Part shown: positions 48,099-58,815 of the stretch, piece by piece
How positions within the stretch are numbered: the stretch's first letter is position 1
Layout of the letters: every line of letters begins with the position of its first letter
DNA from: Candidatus Sumerlaeaceae bacterium
GTDB lineage: Bacteria; Sumerlaeota; Sumerlaeia; Sumerlaeales; Sumerlaeaceae
Direction of reading: 5' to 3'
Assembly (NCBI GenBank): GCA_051003195.1
Contig: JBPCLP010000045.1
Span: forward strand, 160,001 to 224,000
Length of the DNA: 64,000 nt
Notes under the pieces: generated by a model
Databases searched by the model: none
What the model was told of the DNA's origin: nothing
The model's input: only the letters and a program-made list of their open reading frames with translations
Translations under genes and position numbers: made by a program

Positions 48099-50311
48099 GC
48101 GGCGAAAGACCTTTCGCTGATTGGAGCACCGCAGAAATTGCCGAGGAGATCGAGAGCTCATGGAACGAGCGATCTCGGCTGGAAGCAATCCGGCATGAAC
48201 TTCAGTTTCGCAAACGGCGAGAAGCTCAGGCCCAATTTATCCGCGTCGGACAGCGACTACATGAACTAACTTTCAAACCAACAATAGCTATCGGATCCAA
48301 ACAGTCGCAGGGAGCTAAAGCCCCCGTAAGTTCGTCGTTGAGGAAAGGCGTTCAACAAGCATCCTCTGGACGCACTAACGGATCTGAGGGGACAACACTT
48401 CGCGGCTCTGTAAAGGCTGCCCGGCGTCCGCACCCGGCGACGCAGAAAGACGTCATTACGCTCTGCCGAGCCGATCGAGCAGTAGTTCTGGCCGGACCTG
48501 GAACGGGAAAAACAGAAACAGTTGCTCGCCGGCTTGTTCATTTAATCGAGGGTGAAGCCTTAGCCCCAAAAGAGATTATCGTTCTATCATATTCCTGCAC
48601 TGCAGTAAATGTACTTACACGTCGGATTGCTTCAATTCAGGGAATCGCGGCTGCTGTTCGCGAGGACCTTCGGTTTTTGTCCATACGAACCTTTGACTCC
48701 TGGTCGTTTCGGATGCTTAGAGAGCATGGGATTGAGGTTTCAGCACTCTTCGGATCCGATAGCTACGATCGAAACATTCACATGCTTGCAGAGCTACTAA
48801 ACGATAGCGCCAGGCTCTCCGGCAGTAAACTGCGGCCGCTTCTTGCAGGAATAAAACATCTGATAGTGGATGAATGCCAAGACCTCACGGGCGTGAGGGC
48901 ACTGCTGGTTAAACGTCTCCTTCAGTACCTCTCCAGGTCTTCCCAATTTGGCTTCACAATCTTAGGGGATCCGAACCAAGGCATCTACGATTGGGCAGGT
49001 AGTGAAAAGGGTATTAGCTCGGTTGAACTGATAAACTGGATCAGTGTTGAGCCACAGGTAGCACTGTTGCGCTTTGAGAAGAATTTCCGAAGCACCGAGG
49101 CGGCGCAGCACTCCCTGGTTGCTGACGCTGCAAAGCACCTTAACAGTGGTGCAACAGCGGAGTTTTTCGCTCTGGTTAACGGACGAGTGGCGGCTTGCAC
49201 CCTCAATGCCTTTGCTACCTTTAAGCCTGAACTGAACGGGGCAGGAATGCTGTGCTACACCAACGGCCAGGCTTTGGCATTAGCTTCGAACCTCCTGGAG
49301 GAACACCCACATCTATCAAAGCATCTTCGTCTTGAGGCCGGGTCCAACCCTTCACGTGTGCCATTATGGTTTGGTCTGTTCTTTAGCAGGTTTAAGAGCG
49401 ACGAAATCAGCTCACAACACTTCGTACAGCTATACAACAAATTGCAAGCTTCCGGCGTAAGGATGCCGCAGGGAAACTCGGAGTCCTCTTGGTTGATGCT
49501 GATAAGAGCTGCCAGGCAGCGGGATGGAGATTCAAAGCTTTCCCTTCCCAAACTTCGCGATCGTTTGCTGTGGCGAGACTTCTTGCCCGACGATGAGCAG
49601 GCCTGTGAACCCATGATCGAGGTCACGACCATCCATCAATCTAAAGGCCGCGAGTTTGATCTCGTCGCAGTAAGTGATGCTCCAACTTTCGGAAAGTGGA
49701 CTGCAGAGGACTTATCAAAAATCCAGTACGTGGGAATTAGTCGTGCGCGGCAGAAACTTGTACGGCTCGGAACCGAACAGGGGAGCATGGACCTCAGCGA
49801 AAAGAAGCTGAAGCAGGGTCGCAAGCGTTGGCACTCTTGGAGCAAGACAAGAAAGGGCTCCTTTAACTTGCTTGAGATCGGAATCCCTGATGATTTAGAC
49901 GAAGTTGCCTTTTTGATGCCAAAAGTAATCGGCTCTCCCGAAGCAGTGTTAGAGCTCCAGGAGTATTTTCGCACCAGCCATCAGGAGCTTGTCGGACAAG
50001 AGATTGTTCTTACACGTGAATGGGATGATGATGAGGACCGGAGCTTTTACTTCATACGCCTAGGGGATGAAAGCGGCAGAGTCCTTGGACGGATGGCCGC
50101 TCAGCTCCCGGAAGACTTGTACTATCTCCCGGGAGAGCAGAGAACAAAGCTGTCGATGCCAAAGAACATCCGCGACTTGCGCATACAGGAAATCGTTACA
50201 TGCGTGCTTCGTCAAACCCAGGAAGTCATTGAACCCTGGGCCACCACAAAGCTCTGGCTCGGACTTCGTATCCATGGTCTCGGATCATATAACGTTTACT
50301 GGAAGGCTTGA
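48083..50311 (+). CDS. UvrD/REP-like SF1 helicase with extra C-terminal domain
   Basis: LAGPGTGKT, IVDECQD, LGDPNQGIY, NFRS, TIHQSKGREFD, YVGISRAR. Confidence 0.9.
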   Translation: MSQLLSGERPFADWSTAEIAEEIESSWNERSRLEAIRHELQFRKRREAQAQFIRVGQRLHELTFKPTIAIGSKQSQGAKAPVSSSLRKGVQQASSGRTNGSEGTTLRGSVKAARRPHPATQKDVITLCRADRAVVLAGPGTGKTETVARRLVHLIEGEALAPKEIIVLSYSCTAVNVLTRRIASIQGIAAAVREDLRFLSIRTFDSWSFRMLREHGIEVSALFGSDSYDRNIHMLAELLNDSARLSGSKLRPLLAGIKHLIVDECQDLTGVRALLVKRLLQYLSRSSQFGFTILGDPNQGIYDWAGSEKGISSVELINWISVEPQVALLRFEKNFRSTEAAQHSLVADAAKHLNSGATAEFFALVNGRVAACTLNAFATFKPELNGAGMLCYTNGQALALASNLLEEHPHLSKHLRLEAGSNPSRVPLWFGLFFSRFKSDEISSQHFVQLYNKLQASGVRMPQGNSESSWLMLIRAARQRDGDSKLSLPKLRDRLLWRDFLPDDEQACEPMIEVTTIHQSKGREFDLVAVSDAPTFGKWTAEDLSKIQYVGISRARQKLVRLGTEQGSMDLSEKKLKQGRKRWHSWSKTRKGSFNLLEIGIPDDLDEVAFLMPKVIGSPEAVLELQEYFRTSHQELVGQEIVLTREWDDDEDRSFYFIRLGDESGRVLGRMAAQLPEDLYYLPGEQRTKLSMPKNIRDLRIQEIVTCVLRQTQEVIEPWATTKLWLGLRIHGLGSYNVYWKA

Positions 50312-53300
50312 ATGGCTGCGACTGTTAAGCAAATGGAAGAGGCAAGGCGTGAGGTCGTTTCGCGGATAACCAAGCTGCTACTTGGTCCCCTTTACGGTGA
50401 CACCGAGGTAATCAACTCCTCTCCTGCAAACACATACCTGACAGGCATTCTACATCCTCCCGCGGTTTGGATGGATGCTGAAGAAGAAGCGGAACGACTT
50501 GCCCAAGACGATGACTTGGAGGGAACTGGTGACGAGCCTGACGAGCCTGCGCCTGAAAAATCCGCACCACTCTACATGACCTCCAAGCCAGCATCTATTG
50601 GCTTAACCTGCACTCTTTCAAACGCAAATGCGGATTTTATAGTTGTGCTCAGGTACGCTCGCTACATCCCAGATCCACCGGTGGCAGCTGGTGAGGACGA
50701 GGATCCTGGCGGTGATCCGGATACGACTCGAATTATGAGAAAGTGGAAGCGCGTTCCGGTAGAGCACCGAGTTCTGGTCCAAGGATCAGAAACTCGTTCC
50801 CAGTGGCGTGAAACTGCTCTCAACACAACCGAGGGACAACTGCTAGAGGGCGTACACTTAGACATTCGTCGGCGCGTGGTCCGTGGCGCGTTAATGGTGA
50901 CCGCGACGCTCATCAATACGACGCCAAAAATGAACAGTCGGAGCGAGGCTTGCCTGTTCCAAACCGAAGTCGGAATATTGGCGAAGGGAAACATCAGCCC
51001 GCGACCCATCGAATGCCGATCCAATGAAGAAGATTTGCTGATGAACCAACTGCTATATCGCAATGCTCGTGAGTTTGCGGTCGGTCACGGAGTTGCAGCC
51101 CACTGGGTTACCGACAATTCAAATAGCGTGGATGAAGTCTGGACCCGGTGGTTGCCAAACCAATACGTTAGCGCGACAACTCCCGAGGGGCATTCGTCAC
51201 TACAGGAACTGAAGGCTATGCGACCATCAGTCTTTGATGCAGCAATGCTGGCCACCAGTCAGCGCGACGTGATCGTCGGGGAGCTATCCCGCTTCTGTAA
51301 AGCTTATGACAGCTGGATCGATACGGAAGATTTTAGGAAAGACAACGATCTGACCCCTTCGGAATTGGCTACCGCAGTTCGTCACATCCGTGGATGCCGT
51401 TCAGCTAAAAGCCGTATGCAGGCAGGGGTCGAGTTGTTGATGCGATCCGATCGTGCATTCCGTGCTTTCCAGCTCGCGAATGCCGCAATGGACTCGCAAT
51501 CGAACTCAGTTGCCCGGGGACCCAGGGCGAGGCCACTGGTTTGGAGACCATTTCAGCTCGCATTCATACTGCTCGCTCTTCCAGGAGTGGCTGATCCGAA
51601 ACATCAAGATCGGGATCTGCTGGATCTCCTGTGGTTCCCGACCGGCGGGGGAAAAACGGAAGCCTATCTTGGACTATCAGCTTTTGCAATTTTCCATGAT
51701 CGACTCTGTCATAATGCCTCCTTTGCCGATGGGGGCGTAAAGGTCCTTATGAGATATACGCTGCGGCTGCTGACCATCCAGCAGTTCCAGCGGGCTGCGG
51801 CAATGATATGCGAAGCTGAACTAATTCGTCAACGGTGTGAAGAGGAAATTGGTACAGCACCAATTTCGCTGGGACTGTATGTCGGTCAAGGGGCGACTCC
51901 AAACAAAGTTTCCGAGCGCGATAATGTTGGGAAGCTTTACGAGGGCTGCGCACAGGAGATACTGGAGCGTGAGGCAAGGGGTGAGCAGCCCGAAACCACC
52001 CCCCGCATGCTCGATTCGTGCCCGCTCTGCGGGTCATCTCTGGGCATTTCCAATTACGGAGTAATCGAGGAAACAAACCAGTTAAAGATTACTTGCCACA
52101 ACGCGAGTTGCCGCTCGTCAGCTGCAGCACTTCCAGTGTATACAGTAGATGACGAGATTTATCGAGTCTTGCCGTCCCTGATACTGGGTACGGTTGACAA
52201 GTTTGCACAATTACCTCGAAATAGCAAGGTTGGGGGGCTTCTTGGAAGACCCCAGAATCCGCTCTGCCTGATAATTCAAGACGAGCTTCACTTGATATCG
52301 GGCCCACTCGGGAGTATGACGGGGTTGTACGAAGCTGGGTTAGACTTCCTGGCAGAGAGAGCGGGCGAAAAAGTTAAAATCGTTGGCTCGACAGCGACAA
52401 TCGGTCACGCCTCGGATCAGGTTCGCGCTTTGTTTAATCGAGACGTTTGTCAATTTCCTCCCCCCTCCATCGATGCAGGTGAATCGTTTTTTGCAGTTAC
52501 TGACGTCAATTCACCAAACCGCTGGTACATTGGTATTTCTTCTGCCGGACGGAGTCCCAAATTCACGCTACAAGCTGTAACTGCTGCACTACTTCAGGTC
52601 GTGTATTCCCTGCAGGAAGAAAGCGCTTGGGGCAGCGAAACCAATGCTGTGCTGGATCCTTTCTGGACAGCTGTCTTGTACTTCAACAGCATGCGTGAGC
52701 TTGGCGGTGCCAGAGTAATGGTTCAGGATGACGTCCGCCGGTCGACCTTGTTATATGCCAGGCTCCTTAGTAATTCCGAACGCCATCGGGACCCCGGCGA
52801 GCCAAAAGAACTGAACAGCAGGACAAAGTCGCGCGACATTCCGTTAGTCTTGGAACAGCTGAACCTGACATTAGACGGTGATATCGAAGAAGGCGTTCCG
52901 CTGGATACGGTGCTGGCCAGCAACATGATTTCAGTAGGCATCGACATCCCCCGCCTTGGCGCTATGATCGTGAACGGAATGCCTAAGACTGTTGCTGAGT
53001 ATATCCAGGCAACGTCTCGTGTTGGCCGTGGCATTCCCGGCCTAGTGCTGACGGTTTACAATGCTTCCCGTCCTCGGGATCTCTCGATTTTCGAACACTT
53101 CTGTGGTTTCCATCAAGCATATTATCGGGCCGTTGAGGCAACGAGTGTTACTCCTTGGTCTCCCAGGGCCAGGGACAAGGCGCTGCATGCGGTTTTTATT
53201 GGGGCACTACGACATGCGATAGAAGAGTGGCGACCCGACCAAGGTGCTCAACAATTCAGGAGCGGTGATGATGTAGTAGCAGAATTTTCCGACTACTTGC

Positions 53301-53587
53301 TGGCGCGGGCTGCGAGCGTAAGCGCCCTCGTCAACATGGAAGAACTGAAAGCAGAACTGCAAGTTGTCTGCGAATGGTGGGATAATCGACGAAGGATGGC
53401 GGCCACTGCCGGACCAACGCCGACCGACTTGTATTACTGGTATAAGCAATTGCATCCAAACACTCACAAAGCAGCTGGGCCGTTTCTCCTGCGGGGTGCG
53501 GAAGACGGTGTCTACGATCTAAGCGTGCGAGTTGCACCAAATTCCATGAGGGAAGTTGAACCTTCTGTCAGTTACGCCCAAACGTGA
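50312..53587 (+). CDS. drmA: DISARM DrmA-like SF2 helicase
   Basis: FAVGHG, WRPFQLAFIL, WFPTGGGKTEAY, RYTLRLLT.QQFQR, QDELHLISGPLG, YFNS.REL, ISVGIDI.RLG, EYIQATSRVGR. Confidence 0.85.
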   Translation: MAATVKQMEEARREVVSRITKLLLGPLYGDTEVINSSPANTYLTGILHPPAVWMDAEEEAERLAQDDDLEGTGDEPDEPAPEKSAPLYMTSKPASIGLTCTLSNANADFIVVLRYARYIPDPPVAAGEDEDPGGDPDTTRIMRKWKRVPVEHRVLVQGSETRSQWRETALNTTEGQLLEGVHLDIRRRVVRGALMVTATLINTTPKMNSRSEACLFQTEVGILAKGNISPRPIECRSNEEDLLMNQLLYRNAREFAVGHGVAAHWVTDNSNSVDEVWTRWLPNQYVSATTPEGHSSLQELKAMRPSVFDAAMLATSQRDVIVGELSRFCKAYDSWIDTEDFRKDNDLTPSELATAVRHIRGCRSAKSRMQAGVELLMRSDRAFRAFQLANAAMDSQSNSVARGPRARPLVWRPFQLAFILLALPGVADPKHQDRDLLDLLWFPTGGGKTEAYLGLSAFAIFHDRLCHNASFADGGVKVLMRYTLRLLTIQQFQRAAAMICEAELIRQRCEEEIGTAPISLGLYVGQGATPNKVSERDNVGKLYEGCAQEILEREARGEQPETTPRMLDSCPLCGSSLGISNYGVIEETNQLKITCHNASCRSSAAALPVYTVDDEIYRVLPSLILGTVDKFAQLPRNSKVGGLLGRPQNPLCLIIQDELHLISGPLGSMTGLYEAGLDFLAERAGEKVKIVGSTATIGHASDQVRALFNRDVCQFPPPSIDAGESFFAVTDVNSPNRWYIGISSAGRSPKFTLQAVTAALLQVVYSLQEESAWGSETNAVLDPFWTAVLYFNSMRELGGARVMVQDDVRRSTLLYARLLSNSERHRDPGEPKELNSRTKSRDIPLVLEQLNLTLDGDIEEGVPLDTVLASNMISVGIDIPRLGAMIVNGMPKTVAEYIQATSRVGRGIPGLVLTVYNASRPRDLSIFEHFCGFHQAYYRAVEATSVTPWSPRARDKALHAVFIGALRHAIEEWRPDQGAQQFRSGDDVVAEFSDYLLARAASVSALVNMEELKAELQVVCEWWDNRRRMAATAGPTPTDLYYWYKQLHPNTHKAAGPFLLRGAEDGVYDLSVRVAPNSMREVEPSVSYAQT

Positions 53588-53597
53588 GGGAGAAGTA

Positions 53598-55661
53598 ATG
53601 CCGAAATCGAATTTACCACCTCAAGAATCGAAAAGTCGGGGTACAGGTCGTCGTCAGGGGCCGGGTGGCACGCCCAGTCCAGCTTCACGGACGAGCATCT
53701 CTGGAAGGCGGGAGACTGATGCCACTTCCTTTCGCCCAGTGGTTGGCAATACACGCCGATCTCAGGCAGTTCTTACGTGGAGCGTCGGGTCCATTATTGA
53801 CCTGCCGAACGGGTCTTTCATGCCTTTAGGTTTGGACTTTATTGAGGAGGAACTACAACACGGCGGTGTGCAGAGTAGTCACGTGTACGAACTCCGCTTT
53901 CATGAAGATCGACTTGAGAAGCTGCTGCATGTTCGCCATTTCCAGGCACCGTGTGTAGCCACCGAAAAAACCAAAAGGGAATTTGGGCGAAAAGTCGCGA
54001 AGGGGCACTGTGTTCCCGTCGTGCGTTTTCCGGAATGGCTGGAATGTCCTCAGTGCCATCGACTTGGAACAATTAACAATCCGTTCGAACTGGATCACAC
54101 TCGCGATGAAGTCGTTTGCCAGGGATGCGGTCGCTGTAAAGTAGCACCAGTGCGATTCGTATGCGCTTGCGCCTCCGGACACATTGAGGATTTCCCTTGG
54201 GACATCTGGGCACACCGACGGACAAAGGGAGTGTGCCCGGGAGGCAACTCGCGCCTGAAACTGCTTTCGCGTGGCCGCAGCGCAGGCCTTGGTGATCTAT
54301 ACGTTACATGCCTTGCCTGCGACGCTACGGCAGACTTGGCAAAAGTTACAATGAAGTTCTCGCTTAAAGATTTAAAAACATGTGGTGGCAACGAACCCTG
54401 GTTGCGGCGAACGGTTAAGTGTCAGAACCATCTTCGCGTACTTCAGCGAGGTGCATCCAATTTGCACTTTGCGGTTCCTGCCTCGTTGCTCTCAATTCCT
54501 CCCGGATCAGACGCAATAGCACAGCTCCTTTACGATCAGTGGGATTCATTGAGCCAGTGGGTGGATGATGACGAACTGCTGCGCAGAACTCTGGAGGGGT
54601 ACAAAGCACGAAGAGGCGACTTTGACATTGATGTTGCGATGCAATGGGTCAAGCGACAGCATCAGTCTGAGCAGGATGATGTGGATTCTGCTACGGATGA
54701 GACGGATGCCAGGTTCGAAGAGTATCTGGCACTTAGTAGCACACATCGTTCAGATCGGGCAGGTGGTTTCACGTCGCAGTTCGAGAACGAGGTATACTCG
54801 CCACCAAAGGAGTTGGAACCGTGGTTTGACCTTTTCGGCGCCGTTACCAGGTTGCGGGAAGTTCGTGCGATTGTAGGCTTTACCAGAATTAGTCCCGTTA
54901 CTCTCCAGATCGAGCAGGTACGCGATGCGGCTGCTCATGGTGTAATTTCCAAGCTTGGAGCACAGTGGAACAATTGGTTGCCAGGAGTGGAGATCCGTGG
55001 GGAAGGCATTTTCCTTCGCTTCAACATAGAATCAGTCAAATCGTGGGTTGCAGCAAACCCAGCGGTAGCACAGCGAGCCGCTCTACTTGATAAGCAGCAT
55101 GTACTATTTTACCAAGAGCGCCTTAAGGAGGCGGGTAGAGAAGAGACGGACCCCGTGCTTCAAATTACTCCAAAACATTTACTGGTGCATTCTTTCGCGC
55201 ATGTGTTAATTCGCCGACTCTCTATCGACTGCGGATATTCGTCAGCAAGCCTTCGGGAGAGACTATACGTCGATAATGGTGCTGAGGGTGCCAGCGGCGA
55301 AATGGCAGGAGTGTTGATCTACACTGGTTCTCCCGATTCCGATGGTAGTCTTGGCGGCTTGGTTAATTTGGCGCAGCCAGAACGTCTGGCTTCGATGATA
55401 CGACGCGCAGTCGAGGATAGTGCTTGGTGCGGTAATGATCCGGTATGCTCCGAAACCAGTCCCATGGATATGGGAAGCCGACTTTCTGGTGCAAGCTGCC
55501 ACAGCTGCCTCCTTCTTCCTGAAACGGCCTGTGAGCGTTTCAATTGCGAGCTAGATAGAGCAATGCTGTGTGGGGGTGTGCACGTGGAAGGCGGGCAGAG
55601 CATTTCCTTTAATGGTTACTTTCAACAGTTGTTAGAAGGCAGCGCGGAGAAGGGCACATAG
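53598..55661 (+). CDS. drmB: DISARM DrmB-like DUF1998 protein
   Basis: RRSQAV..W.VGSIIDLP, RFPEW..CPQC, RFVCAC..GHIEDFPW, GEGIFL, HSFAH.LIR, C.NDP.C, ASCHSC.LLPETACE.FN. Confidence 0.88.
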   Translation: MPKSNLPPQESKSRGTGRRQGPGGTPSPASRTSISGRRETDATSFRPVVGNTRRSQAVLTWSVGSIIDLPNGSFMPLGLDFIEEELQHGGVQSSHVYELRFHEDRLEKLLHVRHFQAPCVATEKTKREFGRKVAKGHCVPVVRFPEWLECPQCHRLGTINNPFELDHTRDEVVCQGCGRCKVAPVRFVCACASGHIEDFPWDIWAHRRTKGVCPGGNSRLKLLSRGRSAGLGDLYVTCLACDATADLAKVTMKFSLKDLKTCGGNEPWLRRTVKCQNHLRVLQRGASNLHFAVPASLLSIPPGSDAIAQLLYDQWDSLSQWVDDDELLRRTLEGYKARRGDFDIDVAMQWVKRQHQSEQDDVDSATDETDARFEEYLALSSTHRSDRAGGFTSQFENEVYSPPKELEPWFDLFGAVTRLREVRAIVGFTRISPVTLQIEQVRDAAAHGVISKLGAQWNNWLPGVEIRGEGIFLRFNIESVKSWVAANPAVAQRAALLDKQHVLFYQERLKEAGREETDPVLQITPKHLLVHSFAHVLIRRLSIDCGYSSASLRERLYVDNGAEGASGEMAGVLIYTGSPDSDGSLGGLVNLAQPERLASMIRRAVEDSAWCGNDPVCSETSPMDMGSRLSGASCHSCLLLPETACERFNCELDRAMLCGGVHVEGGQSISFNGYFQQLLEGSAEKGT

Positions 55662-55662
55662 A

Positions 55663-57399
55663 ATGGCAGTTATGATTCCGGATGCACTGCCGATAAAAAC
55701 TAATGCCGCTGAGACTGACCTGTTTAATCGTTTCAGAGCTGAACTGCCCGATGAGGATTATATTGTTCTTCATTCACTTGGCTTGGCGCGCCATGAGCGG
55801 AAGCGTTGGGGCGAGAGCGACTTCGTTGTAATCGGTCCCGAAGGCATCTTCGTCTTGGAGATTAAGGGGGGTAGCGTTTCCTGCTACAATGGCAACTGGA
55901 CATATGAAGACCTCTGGAATGGGAAGCGGCGCACTTCCAGGGAGGGCCCTTTTGAGCAGGCCAAGTCTGGCCTGTTCGCAATTGAAAAGGATCTGAACCG
56001 CTTTTTTCCAGAGCTGCGCAACTACATCATTGGCTATGGCGTGATGATGAAGGATGAGGAGTTTTCTGCCACGGGGTGTGAATTAACGACAGAGGTCCTT
56101 TGGGACACGCGTGAGTGGAGGCGCCCTCTACCCTTGTACGTCGAGCAACTCGCTGACTTCTGGCAAAAGAAATATGGCAGAAAGCCCCGTCTTGATGCAC
56201 CCACACGAGAGCGTATACGACAGGCTTTGAGACCGGACATCAGATCCGCAGTGACCTTTGGCTCTCGTCTGAACGGGCTGGAAACTCGCATGGTCGAGCT
56301 TAAAGATCAACAGGCTCGCATCGTAGGTGGTGTTCATCGCAACAGGCGCACTATTGTGGAGGGGCCTGCGGGCACGGGCAAGACTTTGATCGCTACCGAC
56401 CGAGCGTTAGCTTTTGCGCACGAGGGCCGGGAGATCCTCTTCCTTTGCTTCAATACTCTCCTTGCTGAACACTTGAAGTGCGGATTTGAAGCCGCAGACC
56501 TAGGCGGCGGGAGCATTGATGTTGCTCACATGCACGAGCTCCTCGGGAAGCTAATTGCCAAAAGTGAAGGATCCACACATCAGGAAATGCACAACCTGGA
56601 TGACGACTTCTATCGGCATGTTTTACCAACAAAGGCAATGGAGTCTTTGGATGTACTTAAAAAATCCGGACAGTCCATCAAACAGTATGACGTGGTGATT
56701 GTCGACGAGGCACAGGACCTACTCTCTTGGAGCTATGTAGAGGTCTTGGATGCGCTCCTGAAGGATGGGTTTAACGCGGGGCGATGCCATCTGTTTATGG
56801 ATCCGAATCAGAACATCTTTGAGGGAACTGAAAACGATGTAATGTCGCGCCTTGAAGAGAGTGGCTTCTCCATTTATCCATTAGACGTAAACTGCCGCAA
56901 CACCAGAGAGGTCGCCGAAGCTGCAACGATGCTGTCGAGTGTCCGATTGGCCACCAACGAAGCTATTCGCGGGGGGCGCCATCACCGCTTAATGTATGGA
57001 AGCATTGAAGAACTACTTGCAATGATTGAAGATGAAATTAAGGGCCTTCTCAATGACGGCATAGGTCTAGAGCAAATCATCTTTCTCTCCCCGCGAGTAT
57101 TGAAGCACTCTGTCTTGGCAAATGTCTCTAATTTTGCGGGTGTTCCATTGGGTGATGTGCGCACCGCCAATTCGCATGGTCTGAAGCGACTCGAATTCTG
57201 CACTATGCAGGCATTCAAAGGACTAGAGAGGCGGATAGTTTTTGCAACCGACCTAGATTTGGAGGATCCGTCATGCAACATGCTGTATTACTGTGGGCTG
57301 TCTCGCGCAGTTGGCGTACTGTACGCGGCCATACCGAAAGCTCAGGAAACTGCCCTGCAAGCTCGTGCAACTGCATATGGTGAGTTGCTTGCCGGATAG
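55663..57399 (+). CDS. NERD nuclease domain fused to an SF1 helicase
   Basis: GESDFVV....GIFVLEIKGG (NERD); EGPAGTGKT, LCFN, IVDEAQD, NCRNT, FKGLE, YCGLSRA. Confidence 0.88.
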   Translation: MAVMIPDALPIKTNAAETDLFNRFRAELPDEDYIVLHSLGLARHERKRWGESDFVVIGPEGIFVLEIKGGSVSCYNGNWTYEDLWNGKRRTSREGPFEQAKSGLFAIEKDLNRFFPELRNYIIGYGVMMKDEEFSATGCELTTEVLWDTREWRRPLPLYVEQLADFWQKKYGRKPRLDAPTRERIRQALRPDIRSAVTFGSRLNGLETRMVELKDQQARIVGGVHRNRRTIVEGPAGTGKTLIATDRALAFAHEGREILFLCFNTLLAEHLKCGFEAADLGGGSIDVAHMHELLGKLIAKSEGSTHQEMHNLDDDFYRHVLPTKAMESLDVLKKSGQSIKQYDVVIVDEAQDLLSWSYVEVLDALLKDGFNAGRCHLFMDPNQNIFEGTENDVMSRLEESGFSIYPLDVNCRNTREVAEAATMLSSVRLATNEAIRGGRHHRLMYGSIEELLAMIEDEIKGLLNDGIGLEQIIFLSPRVLKHSVLANVSNFAGVPLGDVRTANSHGLKRLEFCTMQAFKGLERRIVFATDLDLEDPSCNMLYYCGLSRAVGVLYAAIPKAQETALQARATAYGELLAG

Positions 57400-57549
57400 G
57401 GTAAGCAACTCACGTAGTAACCTACAATCTCATCCAATCTCCGCGACGCGTTTACAAGTTCGTCGCACTCAAGACACTCTAAACTCAGATTGGTCTCCAC
57501 CTTGCACATAGAACAGGCGTGCTATTCCTCTTGAATAGTCCTTGAACCG

Positions 57550-57588
57550 CTGGGAATCAGTGATATCACTGATATCACAGTTTCCCAG
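57550..57588. promoter_or_regulatory. 39-bp dyad operator candidate with tandem TGATATCA boxes
   Basis: CTGGGAATCAG-TGATATCA-C-TGATATCA-CAGTTTCCCAG, 17 of 19 symmetric pairs, just upstream of the methylase RBS. Confidence 0.7.
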
Positions 57589-57603
57589 AGAGAGGACCTC
57601 TTG

Positions 57604-58815
57604 ATGCCGAGTTATTGCCTACGAGGCTTGCCGGAAGAGTTGCATGAGCGACTGAAAAAAGAGAGCCACAGGCGTAACGTTCCGATCCAGAAGCTCCTGC
57701 TGGAAACGGTCGAAAAGGAGTTCGGTGGCGATCAAGTCGACCTTTTCGACATGGTCTTGGAGTTGTCGAAGCCGGAGCCAACACCAGGTCTTATCCCGTT
57801 CACGTTTATAGACCTCTTTGCTGGTGTGGGCGGTTTTCGCGTGGGCATGGAGGCACTCGGGGGAAAGTGCGTGTTCACGAGCGAGTGGGATGTACATGCT
57901 CAAAAGACGTACAAGGCTTGGCACGGGGATCAGCCACACGGGGATATCACTCAGGTAAAGAGCATTGATATCCCAGACCACGACATCCTTTGTGCTGGAT
58001 TCCCATGTCAGCCGTTTTCACTGGCGGGTGTTAGCAAGAAGAACTCGCTGGGCCGGAGTCATGGCTTCGCCTGCGAGACTCAAGGTACCTTGTTCTTTCA
58101 TCTGGCAACGATTGCGGAACTAAAGCGGCCTCCCGTCATGATTTTGGAGAACGTGAAGAACCTTAAATCTCACGACGGCGGAAACACGTGGAAGGTGATC
58201 GAGCGGACGTTGAAGGATTTGAAGTATAAGGTTTTTGCCAAGATCATCGACGCCAAGCCTTGGGTGCCGCAGCACCGGGAGCGGATCTTCATAGTCTGCT
58301 TCGATGAGTACGTTTTCGGCACAGACGTCCCATTTGAGTTTCCTACGCCCCCCGAGACACTGCCAAAACTAAAGGATATACTGGAGAAGACGCCAGATCC
58401 GAAATACACCCTCAGTGACCACCTGTGGACCTACCTGCAGAACTACGCCGCCAAGCATGCGGCGGCAGGCAACGGCTTCGGCTTCGGTCTGGCGGACCTC
58501 GACGGCAGCACTCGAACTCTGAGTGCCCGCTACCACAAAGACGGTTCCGAGATCTTAATCCCGCAGGGTAAGAACAAGAACCCGCGTCGGCTGACGCCGG
58601 ACGAATGCAAGCGATTGATGGGGTATCCGGACCGCCTGAAGGTCATGGTGTCGGACACGCAGGCCTATAGGCAATTCGGCAACAGCGTTGTCCCTGCCGT
58701 CGTCGAGGCAGTGGGCAGGCAGGTACTGAAAACCATCAACTGGCACGTGTCCAGGTCCGGAGGGTTGTTCAAGGCGCGCCCGCCCTTTGTCCATGAAACG
58801 GCTATGGCTGGATGA
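57604..58815 (+). CDS. dcm: Dcm/M.EcoRII-like C5 methyltransferase with an N-terminal ribbon-helix-helix-like domain
   Basis: [41 protein letters not shown]; target-recognition region LW.YL..YA.KH...GNGFGFG..TLSARY.KDG.EILI as in Dcm/M.EcoRII (CCWGG inferred). Confidence 0.93.
   Translation: MPSYCLRGLPEELHERLKKESHRRNVPIQKLLLETVEKEFGGDQVDLFDMVLELSKPEPTPGLIPFTFIDLFAGVGGFRVGMEALGGKCVFTSEWDVHAQKTYKAWHGDQPHGDITQVKSIDIPDHDILCAGFPCQPFSLAGVSKKNSLGRSHGFACETQGTLFFHLATIAELKRPPVMILENVKNLKSHDGGNTWKVIERTLKDLKYKVFAKIIDAKPWVPQHRERIFIVCFDEYVFGTDVPFEFPTPPETLPKLKDILEKTPDPKYTLSDHLWTYLQNYAAKHAAAGNGFGFGLADLDGSTRTLSARYHKDGSEILIPQGKNKNPRRLTPDECKRLMGYPDRLKVMVSDTQAYRQFGNSVVPAVVEAVGRQVLKTINWHVSRSGGLFKARPPFVHETAMAG

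Noticed and set aside
50312..58815. Calling the locus canonical class 1 or class 2 DISARM
   Set aside because: No PLD drmC, SNF2 drmD, adenine MTase or recognisable drmE in the window; the Dcm is coupled to its own EcoRII-like nuclease.
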